From Heteronotia binoei (lineage: Eukaryota): a stretch of DNA of 64,000 nucleotides. A program made the position numbers and the translations under genes. Position 1 is the stretch's first letter, and every line of letters starts with the position of its first letter. The DNA is taken from contig NC_083236.1 of the NCBI RefSeq assembly GCF_032191835.1, positions 71,176,001-71,240,000 of the forward strand. The letters run 5' to 3'. Below, one piece after another: positions 39,850 to 51,900 of this stretch. The notes under the pieces were generated by a model that saw only the letters and a program-made list of their open reading frames with translations, searched no databases and was not told the DNA's origin.

Positions 39850-41100
39850 CTGATTTAAAAAGTTTTATTGATTTATAATTATACGTACCATATATCATAA
39901 CATTACATCAGTATACTTTACATTACATCCTGATTCATAATCCTTTAGAAAGAAAACCAAAAATCGTTTAAAAAAACAGAACAAAGGTAGTTATTACACT
40001 TATAACACTTACTAAACTTATGCCGTCATTCCACCATTTATAATTTATTTACCCTATTATAAATTATTCTTCCAATTTAAACCTATTACTAATATTGCTA
40101 TTGCTCATTCTTTACTCCTTTCTGAATCCAATCATATAATTTGGCCCATTTTTCTGTGGCTGATTGTTTTGTTTTCCCACTCACTAATGCTGAGAGTATA
40201 TCTAGTTCTGCAACTTGGAAGACTTTTCCTACTAATTCTTCCGTCTTTGGAGTTTTTTCCAGTCTCCAATATTTTGCATACAATATCCTGGCGGCTGTTA
40301 CAACATGGGTCACCCCATGTACATTTTTTCCCCCACTTCTTTCTTAACTAAACTTAATAAAAAGATTCCAGGTTTGAACAGAATTGCCGTTTTAAGCACT
40401 GCTTGAAGGAGTTCATGGACTAGCCCAGTATGTTTTCACCCTACACATCCACCACAAATGATAAAACGTACCTATGTTGGAATCACATTTCCAACATTTT
40501 GGCAATACACCTGTATATATCTTGGCTAGCCACACTGGTGTGCTGTATCATCTGTGGAACATCTTGAATAAGTTTTCTCTATAATCCACCGATTTGGATA
40601 TCTTACAGTTAACCTGCCACAGTTGTGCCCATTGTTCCAAGCTCTATATTTTGTTCCAAATTTTGTGACCATTTTATCATCCTTTAATGGTCTCATCCTC
40701 TAATTTCATTTGCATAAGATAATTATGAAAAAAATTTATGAGCTTACTTTCCTTGCCTGTTAACAGTTTATCAAAATCAAAGTTCTCTTTATAAAAACCA
40801 ATTACTTTTTATTAAATGTTGCTTTAATCTGCGTTGCTAGCCACCAATCCATTTTTACACCTTTGTTTCCTAGCTCTTCAATCGGTTTTAGAGTATCAGC
40901 ATGGTTTAATAAGCCTTGATATCTCAAAATCTTAGACTTTAGAAGAAATTGTGGTTGAATAGATGCCTTGGTGGAAGAAAGCCATATTGGGGTCTTACTA
41001 TATATATTCTTTTTTATCTTTTCCCAACAGACCAGTAATGATTTACGTATCAGATGATTACTAAAGTATTTGTGTCCTTTGAGGTTATACCACGTTTGCG
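39850..41100 (-). mobile_element. L1-clade LINE ORF2 3' fragment
   Basis: AT-rich; VTAARILYAKYWR...W..LYDW motif. Confidence 0.72.
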
Positions 41101-42289
41101 TGCCACCCTGCTTTAAGATCCTATCCCTCTATTGCTAACTTTCTTTTGTTCTCCAGTCTCACCCATGCACGCAACCAAACCAGCGCATTTGCCAAGGGAG
41201 GGCACTTGACGTATACCCAGAGGCCCCTCCTGTTCCAGGCCTGGGCACCTCGTTCCAGAGGGACATGGATCTGCTGCAGAAGAGCTACGATTCCATTCCA
41301 TGAGCACCTGAGAGGCTCACAAGACTTGCCTTCCCTGAAAACCTTGTGGGTTTCCTTAAAGCACGAGGGGATTCCTGTCTAGGCCTAGGGACTGGCACTG
41401 AACCCTTTGGGGCCAGCTGTGTGGGGTGCACAGCTGTCTCCTCTGGCCAGAGGCTGCTTCTCTGTCCCTGAGTCAGGCAAGAGGAGAGAAGGACCAGGTC
41501 TTCCTGCGGCTGAGGGCCTCTCCAATTCATGGGAAGCTGAGGGTTACTCTGTGCGTCTCCTTTTGCTTAAGGAAGCTGTCCTCAGCAGGCCGGGGTCATT
41601 GCTGCTTACTGCTGCCACTCAGGGTAAAAATAGCAGGCCTCTGCCCAGGGAGGAGCTGTGAAGGCCTGCTGGTGCTCCTCAGAGCAGGCCAGGCCTTGGC
41701 TCCCCTTCTAGGGACCTGGGCCCCAATGGATCCTGTGGGGCTGGGGCTGGACCCCACCCTGCTGTCTGAGGCAGAGCGAAGGAGATGCAGCTTGACAAGA
41801 GATCTGTGCTTTGGAGAGCTGTTTGTGTGCTCATTTCACTCCCTCGTCTGTGGTGGCAGCACAAGAAGTGGGGCCCACCGTTTTGGGAGAGGTAGCCCTA
41901 AGCCTGGTTGCCTCACTTAAGGGGGGGGGCCTTTCCTGGCCCGCTCTTGTAAAGCAGGGGTGCCCCCTGCGGCTCTTCAAGCCCCCCTCCCCCATCTTAT
42001 AAAAGGCAGTTGTCTGTTTAAATCACTTCTCCAAGCCAGCCAGCAGCTTGGCAAATGCACTTGAAGTTAAAGTTGCTTTCTGTCTACCTCTCCTTCCTCC
42101 CTTCTTCCTTCTGACAGCAATGAAGCTCCTGTGAATTTAGGGGGAAGTACTTGTGAGCGTCCTGCCTTGTGCAGGGGGTTGGACTAGATGGCCCTGGAGG
42201 GGGGGTCCCTCAAAAGAGCTGCTCATGTCGTGTTTGTGGCTCTCTAGCAGGGGCCATTTATTCCGTGGCTCTTGCGCTAAGCGAGTCGT

Positions 42290-42960
42290 GGGCCAAGCGG
42301 GGGGAGGCCGGCAGGGGGCGCGCGCGGGCGAGGGAGTGTCGGGGCGGCGTGGGCCGGCCTTTGTGGGCTGGGCTGGGCTGGGCTGGGGCGGCCGGCGGCG
42401 GCGTCGTCGGGGCTGGCGATGGCGGCGGCGGTGTGGACGCGTCGGGCGGGCCAGGTGGGGCCGGTGGAGGTGCTGGTGCGGGAGCGCTGGGTGCGGGCGC
42501 TGGCCGAGCTGAGCGGGGAGGCGCTGACCCTCACCTCGGAGCCGCCGCCCAACGGGCTCCTGCCCTCCCGCTCCCCGCCGGGCTCTCCTCCTCCTGCTGC
42601 TGCTGCGGGGCCGGGGGTGCGGCGGGTGCGCGTGGTGAAGGCGGAGGCGGGCGGGCTGGGCATCAGCATCAAGGGCGGCCGCGAGAACCGCATGCCCGTC
42701 CTCATCTCGCGCATCTTCCCCGGGCTGGCGGCGGAGCGCTGCGGCGCCCTCCGCCTCGGCGACGCCATCCTGGCCGTCAACGGCACCGACCTCCGCGACG
42801 CCACCCACGACCAGGCCGTGCAGGCCCTCAAGCGCGCCGGCAGGGAGGTCCTCCTCGAAGGTAGGCGAGGCGAGGCGAGGGCGGCTGCTGCCGGGTGGAC
42901 GGGGCGGGCTCCCCGGGGCGCTGCACGGGGGACTTGAGAGGAGAGCCAGTTTAGGGGCGG
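42290..42960. promoter_or_regulatory. SNTB2 CpG island / promoter
   Basis: CpG-dense segment covering the start codon and exon 1. Confidence 0.72.
42419..42860 (+). CDS. SNTB2: SNTB2 coding exon 1
   Basis: PH1a plus PDZ; GAAG|gtaggc. Confidence 0.94.
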
Positions 42961-45900
42961 GGAGGGGCTGCTCGTCCTGGGGTGCGTGGATCCAGCCCTC
43001 TGTGGACTCCGCAGCAGCCCCACCCGGGGCTCCCTAGCCTAGAAGGTGGGGCAGGTGCTGCAGATTTTGTAGGGGCGCCGCCCCTGTGCCCCCCCCCCCC
43101 CGTTGGCTGCAGCCCTGCCTCAGACCAGCCGGATTCAGCCTTTGCTCTTGTGCTGTGAGGGTGTTTGTGGCCCTTTCCCTTCTCCAGCCTCCTACAGGTA
43201 TGCCCAGGTCCCCTGGCCTGGCACCAGAGAGCTCCCCCTTCTGGAGCTCCTTGGGGGGCCCAGGGACCCTGGCATGGTGGGGCAGAGAAGATGCATCTAA
43301 ACGCAGCACCCTCCAGGACTGACTTGTCCAGCGGCATTTTGAAGCAGTAGGCTGGGCTCAGAAAGTTTCAGACCAGAAACAACACAAGAAGGGTTTTGCT
43401 TTGAGCAGGGCTGTGCTGCCAGCTTGTTTCTAGGCCTCCACCCAGCACTGGCCCAGCTCGAGGGGGAACCCCTCCTTCTGCACGCGGTCAGTGCTTTGCT
43501 TTCCCTCAGCCCGGGGCCCAAAGTGCGCATGACTGTGGGGTGTGGATTGAGCGAATGACGCCAGGCCATACAGCCTGCCAGAGTTCCTGCTCCCCCTGGC
43601 AGGTGGGCAGCGTGAAGCACAAAGTCCTGGGGGGCTCCCTGCTCTGTTTGTCTCCTTGCAAGGAGGTTTCCAGCCTGTCCTCCTCCCAGCAGAGAGCAGA
43701 ATTTGCAGACAACGGCTAGAGTTGTGCAGCAGGCTGGATGTTCCATCCAAAGGGAAGGAGGAGAGAAAAGTTTCTGGGAGCGCTACAGAGGCCCTTGTGC
43801 CATTTTAAGAGGCTACGAACTACTGAAATTCTACCTGCCGCCTGATAAAGAGCTGCACTAATTCACATCCCATCTTCCTCCTCACAGCTGGGACTCAAAG
43901 TGGCTTCGATCTCGTTCTCCCCTCCTCTGTTTTCTTGCACAGGCCACCCCTGTGAGGTTGGCCAGGCTGACAGTTTGTGATGGGCACGGGGTGACACAGC
44001 CCACTTTCATGGTAGAGGTGGGGATTTGTCCCTCGCTATCCTAGAAATCCAAAAATCCTTTCTCCTGGAAGTCTCTGTTGGGCAGCTGTCCAACTCCGTT
44101 TCTTCCTAGTGGAGTTCGGCCAGGGGAGGGGGAGGCTTTTCTGGGAAAGAGCTGATAATCCAGCTGCCTTGGCTTGGAGGGAGTTGGGGAAAGTTCAGCT
44201 GCCGGAGGGGTTTGGAAGCTTTGATTAAAGGTTTGGAAGACTTTCCCTATGAAGAAAGGTTAAAATGCTTGGGGCTCTTTGGCTTGGAGAAACGTCGACT
44301 GCAGGGTGACATGATAGAGGTTTACAAGATTATGCATGGGATGGAGAAAGTAGAGAAAGAAGTCCTTTTCTCCCTTTCTCGCAATACAAGAACTCGTGGG
44401 CATTCGATGAAATTGCTGAGCAGACAGGTTAAAACGGATAAAAGGAAGTACTTCTTCACCCAAAGGGTGATTAATATGTGGAATTCATTGCCACAGGAGG
44501 TGGTGGCGGCCACAAGTATAGCCACCTTCAAGAGGGGCTTAGATAAAAATATGGAGCAGACGTCCATCGGTGGCTATTAGTCACAGTGTGTGTGTGTGTG
44601 TGTGTATACTTTGGCCACTGTGTGACACAGAGTGTTGGACTGGATGGGCCACTGGCCTGATCCAGCATGGCTTCTCTCATATTCTTATGTCTGGGGCAGT
44701 GATGCTCTATATTCTTGGTGCTTGGGGGGGGCACAGTGGGAGAGCTTCTCATTTCCTGGCCCCACTGGTGGACCTTCTGATGGCACCTGGGGTTTTTGGC
44801 CACTATGTGATACAGAGTGTTGGGCTGGATGGGCTATTGGCCTGATCCAACAGAGCTTCTCTGATGTAACACAGAGTGTTGGATTGGAGGGGCCACTGGC
44901 CTGATCCAACAGGGCTTCTCTTATGTTCTTCTGTGACACAGAGTGTTGGACTGGAGGGGCCATTGGCCTGATCCAACAGGGCTTCTCTTATGTTCTTATG
45001 TGACACAGTGTTGGATGGGAGGGGCCATTGGCCTGATCCAACAGGGCTTCTCTGATGTTCTGTGACACAGAGTGTTGGACTGGAGGGGCCATTAGCCTGA
45101 TCCAACAGGGCTTCTCTTATGTTCTTCTGTGACACAGAGTGTTGGACTGAAGGGGCCACTGGCCTGATCCAACAGGGCTTCTCTTGTGTTCTTATGTGAC
45201 ACAGAGTGTTGGACTGGAGGGGCCATTGGACTGATCCAACAGGGCTTCTCTGATGTTCTTCTGTGACACAGAGTGTTGGACTGGAGGGGCCATTGGCCTG
45301 ATCCAACAGGGCTTCTCTGATGTTCTTCTGTGACACAGAGTGTTGGACTGGAGGGGCCATTAGCCTGATCCAACAGGGCTTCTCTTATGTTCTTCTGTGA
45401 CACAGAGTGTTGGGCTGGATGGGCTATTGGCCTGATCCAACAGAGCTTCTCTGATGTAACACAGAGTGTTGGATTGGAGGGGCCACTGGCCTGATCCAAC
45501 AGGGCTTCTCTTATGTTCTTCTGTGACACAGAGTGTTAGACTGGAGGGGCCACTGGCCTGATCCAACAGGGCTTCTCTTATGTTCTTCTGTGACACAGAG
45601 TGTTGGACTGGAGGGGCCACTGGCCTGATCCAACAGGGCTTCTCTTATGTTCTTATGTGACACAGAGTGTTGGACTGGAGGGGCCACTGGCCTGATCCAA
45701 CAGGGCTTCTCTGATGTTCTTCTGTGACACAGAGTGTTGGACTGGAGGGGCCATTGGCTTCTCTTAGGTTCTTATGAAGCTGCATGGCTGTTGTGCTTTG
45801 CCACACCTTCTTGCCTGGCCCGACTGGCCTGGGATGGGAACAGCTCCTCTGAGTCAAGCGGCGCTCAGTTCTGGGCTGGGACTCCTTGTGGTCTCTGGCC

Positions 45901-48900
45901 CTGGTCCTAACGCGAGGGGGCTGGGTTTGAATAACTTCATTTGTTCTTAGTGGAATTGCGCACCAGCAAGAGAGGGGCTCTCCAGGCAGGAGGCAGGGCT
46001 GTGTCTGTACCTCTTGTGCATGCCAAGGGGTCCAGGCTTTTCCCTGTGCTCAGGGAAAGGGCGGGCTGGGCAGGGCACCAGCTGTGCCTAGGGCTGAGGT
46101 GGCTGCTCCGAAGGGTATCTCCCTGCATCTGCTTCCCCCACTGTCCCCCCATTTCCCCTGCCTTTCTCTTTTTGGTTCAGCCTGGCTTAACGAGGTGCCA
46201 AGAATGCCACGCACACCTGGCCCGCAGCCCCGGCTCGGGGGGCCGTCCTTCTGGGATGCCTTTGCAAGCCCTTATTGCTCGGTCAGTCTCAGGGGAGCTC
46301 CTAGCTCTTTTTGGCCTTCAGAGCAGGGTCTGCTTCTTGCATCCAGATCCACTTCCGGGGCAGTTCTCCTCCTGGGGTTGTCCACTCAGACTGGCAGAGG
46401 CCTTCCACATCACCTACTACTACCTGATCTGTTCAACTGGTGGACGTGCCGGGGATTGAACCTGGGACCTCCTGCATGCCAAGCAGAGGCCCTACCGCCC
46501 AGCCACGGCCCTTCTTCCAGGAGTGTTGGCTCGGTTCATACTTGGGGAGGTGGACAGTAGCAAAGCAACATTTCTGGCCTTGTGAACATCATGCTGTTCC
46601 CTGTGAGGCGATGCCCCAGCCTTGGCCGCTTTCTCTGCTGCTTGGAAGAGCAGAGCTGTTTTTCCTGCCTTTCTCTGGCTCGGGAGCTGTGGGGGGGATC
46701 TGCCTTTGCCCTGGAGGATCAAGAAAGGAGCATTTAACTTCGGAGACCTTGTGTTCAGGAGCAGCTTTGGGCTTGCATCTGGTGGCCAGCTGTGCAGCAG
46801 GGAGGAAGCCTCACCCGAGGGCTGCCCTTTGCCCCTCCCAGGCCCATCATCCTGACCAGCCTTTGTGTTCAGCTGCCTCCCCCAGGAGAGGGACAGATTA
46901 AAGCGCAGGGAGAGGAGAGTAATCCCCAGATCAGTGCTCCTCCTGCCTCTCGGAGGCTAATCTTAAGCGCTGGCATTGGCATTTCTGCTGTTGGGTTGGC
47001 TGTGAAGCCAGCCGGCGATCAGGAGGGAGGCTTTGGTTAACTGGATCAGGGCTCGCTCCCTGGCCTCTTGCCCGGGCGGCTTGTGGATGCAGCCAGAGTG
47101 GAGCCCCGGGGCTTACCTGAGGCGCTGAGCAGGCCTGCGTCAGGGAGCGCAGAGGGAGGCCTCTGGGCTGTGAACGCCCACTTTGAGCCCTTTGTCCCGC
47201 CAGGTGAAGTTTCAGGAGAAAAGAAGATGGTGGCTGTGAGCGGGGCGGGACTCTCAGAGGCCTCCTGAAACCTGTGGGGCATGATAGCCTGATGTGGGGG
47301 TGGGAGAGTTGGTGGGGGGCTTTTGAAAGGGGGCAGGGTGGATCTGTCACTTTTTCTTCGCATTGTCCAGACTGCTAGATCCAAGCAGGCAGCCGTGTTG
47401 GTCTGAAGTAGTCGGACAAAATAGGAGTCAATTGCACCTTTAAGACCAACTTAGTTTTATTGAGAACGTAAGCTTTCGTGTGCTCTTAAGCACACTTCAT
47501 CAGACGAGGAATGCAGCACAGTGAGCAAAACCATACATGAATACATACATACATACAAAGCTATGTATGGCTTTGCTCACTGTGCTGCATTCCTCGTCTG
47601 ATGAAGCGTGCTTAAGAGCACACGAAAGATTACATTTCTAAATAAAAATGGGTCGGTCTTGACTCCTGCTTTGTTCAATTGTCCAGGCTGAGGGAGTTCT
47701 CAGGGAGAGAGGTGTGTGTGTGTGTTTGGGGGGGGGGGTTGTCAGCTGGGCACACCATTTGTGGAGACAGTAGGGAAGCCCCCCCCCCCCCAATTTGGCG
47801 GCCCCAAAGCCTTCAACCTCTGAACAAAGACAGGGAGGACTGGCCGCATCCTGTTTTCCCTCAGCCGTGGCCTTTGTCTATTGTGTCTGGCAGAGGCTGC
47901 TCTTTCGCGGCCCCCAGGAGTGGCGTCTCCCAGCGCCTTGGCATGAATGAGCCACTTGTGGGTTTCCATTCACTGTGAGTAAACAGTTCTGCTCCTGTGG
48001 CTGTTTGCTTTGTGGCTGAATGGAGGGCCAGTGGCTGGCTGTCTTTGGGCACCTGCTGCTGGAGTTGAACTCGAGCCCTTGCCAGGAGGCCGCCTGCTTC
48101 TTCAGACTGTTTGCTGGAGCGTCTCTGCAGAGCACCAGCACCCCTCGGAAGGAGAGCGCACGAGGAGGGAGCGAGGGGGTGTTCAAGGGCTCCTTCCAGT
48201 CTCTTGCCTTTTAGGGCTAAAAACCAGTTTGTGCTTGGCTCTGGGAGTGTTTAAGACACACGAGAAGGAGGCAGACTTCTGGGCTGTTCATAAGGCCACA
48301 GCGAGGGGCCCTCTCTCCAGGGCAGGTGGGGTTCTGTCCTTCTCTGCCCTGGTTGCATCCAGGCTGGAGCCCCGGCAGGGGTGTGAACTGCTCTTGTGCT
48401 GCTCCTTGAAGCACCGCAGGCTGCTGTTGATGAATGGAGGGGGGGTAGTGTGGTGTAGTTCTCCCTCCCCCCCCACCACTCCTTTGGCTAGCTTTATCCT
48501 TCGGTGGCTGTGATGTGACTGGTTGGTGTGTTAGCATGGCAGTTGTATGTGCAGGAGCTCTGCTAAACGGTGGCCAGTTACCTTGGCCTGAGAGCAGAAA
48601 CCACCAAAGCTGGCCTCCCCCTCCTCCCAAGGTGGGCTGGCCAAGGCTGCAGGGAGGAGCTGGGGGGGGGGCTTGCTGGGTCAGTGCTGAGTCCTTTGGC
48701 CACTGCTAGCACATGTGGGACCAGGACTGTATGGATGGGATGTGTGCAGGCCTTGAAAAGCGCATTGCCAGCAGCTAGTTTGGACACATTCTGCAACTAA
48801 AGATAATTCCGGGGGTGAGGGGCAGCTGCTGGCCTAGAGGTCTGTTGCTGGAAGTGTGCTGTGTTTAGGAACAGGATACAGTTGGGGGCTGAAGGTACCA

Positions 48901-51900
48901 CCCCTTGGCTTGGAGCAAACGTCAGAGGCATGTCGGACTCTAGGAAGGAGTGGACTCACACCTGGCTTCTTGTCCCAAACCCATTGCTGCTGAACACACG
49001 CACAAGCGGATCAGAGCTGATTCAGGCTTCAGGGGTGGTACCTTTCTGGGCCATGGATGTGTTTTCTGCATAGGAATGTAAGAAAAGCCTTGCTAGATCA
49101 CAGCAGTGAAGGTCCATCTAGTCCAGCATCCTGGTTACACAGTAGCCAATCCGTTGCCCTGGAAGATGCGAAGGGGCCAAGGCTTTCCCCTGATGTTGCC
49201 CCCACCCAGTGTGCAGAGGTTTGCTGCTTCTGAGTAGGCCTTCACAAAGCTACCCTATTTTAAAGCATTTGTGGCCATCACTACAGGTAGTGGTAGCGAA
49301 TCCCACACTTTAATTACTCATTAAATAACTATTTAGAATCGTAACGTTGGAAGGGATCTCCAGGGTCATCTAGTCCAACCCCCTGCACAATGCAGGAAAC
49401 TCACAATTTCCCCACCACCACCACCACACACACCCCAGTGACACCTGCCCCATGCCCAGAAAATTTCTTTTTGTCTATCCCAAATCTGTTGTTCAACTTC
49501 ATTGCATGCACTGGAGTGCTAGCATTATGAGAGAAGGATAAAAGGTTATCTCTAGCCACTTTCTCTATCCTATGTGTAAAATTCTAAACCTCTGTCCTGT
49601 CCCCCTGTGAGCCATCTGTTTTTCTAAGCCAAGGAGTCTCAGATACGAAAGGAGCTCCAAACACGTCGTTTTCTTGTTTGCCACTTTTTGCGCTTTCCCC
49701 CACTCAGCAGTGTCCTTGGTGAGATGAGTTGAGCAGAACTGCATGTTATGTTCCAAATGATGCTGCACCATAGCTTTGTACAAGGGCAGTGATGATATTG
49801 CACATTTTATTTCCTAATAAAATTCCTAGCATGAAAGTAGTTTGCCCTTTTTTCACATCTGCCACATACCTGATAAGCACTTCCATCTCAATGTCTCTTT
49901 CACTTCCATCCCAGCCTCTTCAGACTCCATCAGTGAACATGTGAGGTCAGAATATTTTGTTCCAGCAAGTGTCAGTGTGTGTGGAGGGCGTAAACCTTTG
50001 GTGGTCTTGCTCTTTTCTGGCTTGATTGGGCAAAAGGAATCTGCACTGTAGGTGCAGAATGACCTGGGGGGGATTTATTTTGGGTTCAGTTCAGCTCTTT
50101 AATGTCTGCATGAGGCGGCTGAATGAGATTGTCCAGAGTTTTGTGGTTGGGTGTTGATGACACCCAGCTCTAGAATTGAACAGGTGCTCTGAGGCTGTGG
50201 TCAAGGCGGTTAAGGCAGAGCAAACTGAAGCTGAATCCAGATAAGAGAGCAGTTCCGCTGGTTGGAAATGCTGATATTCTGGAAAGACTGAATCTACTTG
50301 GCTTGGATGGAGTAATGTTGACTTTTTCAGAGCAGGTGAAGAGCTTGTGGGTTTGGAAAGCAGGTGCAGATGATGGCCAGAAATGCCATCTGTCAGCTGC
50401 ATCTGATTGGCCAACTTTCTCATTGCCTTAGACTAAGTTGGTCACCGATCCATGCTTGTGTAATCTCTTGGTTGGATTACTGCAACATGGTCTACGTGGG
50501 GTTGCCCTTGAAGACAACCCCGAAACTACAACTAGTCCAGAATGCAGCAGCCCGGCTGTTGTCAGGGGCAAGCTGCCAGGAGTGTGTTAACCCATTTTGA
50601 AACAGCTGCATTGGCTGCAAGCCTGTTTCCAAGTTAAATTCAAGGAGCTGGTTGTGAGCTTGAAATCCCCTCGCAATCCGGGACCCACATATTTGAAGGA
50701 CTGTCTCCCTGTGCGCCAACTGCAGTCATCAAACCGCCATCTCTTGGCCATCCACCCCCCCCCCCCCCATTCTTACACAGCAGTTTTTGGTACTTAAAGC
50801 TGTTTACAAGGAAGTGATGTCTGTTTGATCCTCCTTGTCCACATGCCTTATCAACCTGCTTGAAGAATTCTAGCCTTTTACAGAAGCCATGCTGATTTTC
50901 CCTCAGCAGGTGTTGTCCCTCATTGTGCTTAATGATTCTGTCTAATAAATTTCTGCTCATTCACCTGGGACAGATGTGTTAGGCTAGCTGGCCTTTAATT
51001 CTCTGGATCCCTTCTGGACCCCTTTTTAAAGACCAAGGTGACATTTGGTGCTTCCCAGTCACCCAGCACAGAGGCTGATTTTGATGACACGGCTTGGCTC
51101 CAACCATGAAGTGAAGAAAAGTTAAGAGCCTGTAAATTTTCTTAAGCGGAATGGCAGATTTCACTGGTTGGTCCCACTTAGAAATTCTGTCCTGGGATGT
51201 CAGGGGACCTTCATGGGCAATATAGCTGGGGGGGGGGCCTACAGGGGGAATAAGTAAAAACAGCTTCTGATTAAGTTTTCCTAACGTGCTTGGGTCCAGG
51301 ACACTGCTTCATAGACCAACATGTTCACATTTGATTTCCCCAAACTCTATTTATTTATTTAGATTTTTTTGACCACCCGTCCCCACTCAAGGGTGGGGAA
51401 TATAATATAAAACAAGTTAAAACCATAAAAATACACTATTGAAACATCTGAAAACAATATTCATTTTAAGGAGCAAGATGGTAATGTCAGCCTTCAGTTG
51501 TGGAGGGGAGGCGGGGGCCAGTCAGATGCAAAAACCATCTGCCCTCAACCCAAGGCCTGGGGGAACAGCTCTGCCTTACATGCCCTATGAAACGTTAACA
51601 AATCAGATGGCATGGAGGTCGCTTGGCAGAGAGTTCCACCAGGCTGGGGCCAGGGCAGAGAAGGGTGTGGCCCTGGTTGATTGAGTCCAGCCAGATCTCT
51701 TTTGGGCCGGGGACCCCCAGACAGTTTTTATCTGCTGATCTTAATGCCCTTCATGGAGAGGAGGTCCTGAAGAAATGTGGGTCCCCCCGTGACTGTTAAG
51801 GGCTTTAAAGATGAGCACAAAACCTTGAATTTAGTCCAGTGCTCCACTGGCAACTGATGCAGTTTGCGCAGCACTGGAGGTTTATGTGCCCTGCCAGGGG

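Noticed and set aside
42137-43337. Long ORFs antisense to or overlapping SNTB2 exon 1
   Set aside because: GC-rich shadow frames of a real exon.
44570-45857. Repetitive ORFs (e.g. [19 protein letters not shown]) in the arrays, also 22562-23262, 26503-26814 and 35180-37115
   Set aside because: By-products of translating the tandem unit; frames shift or stop between units.
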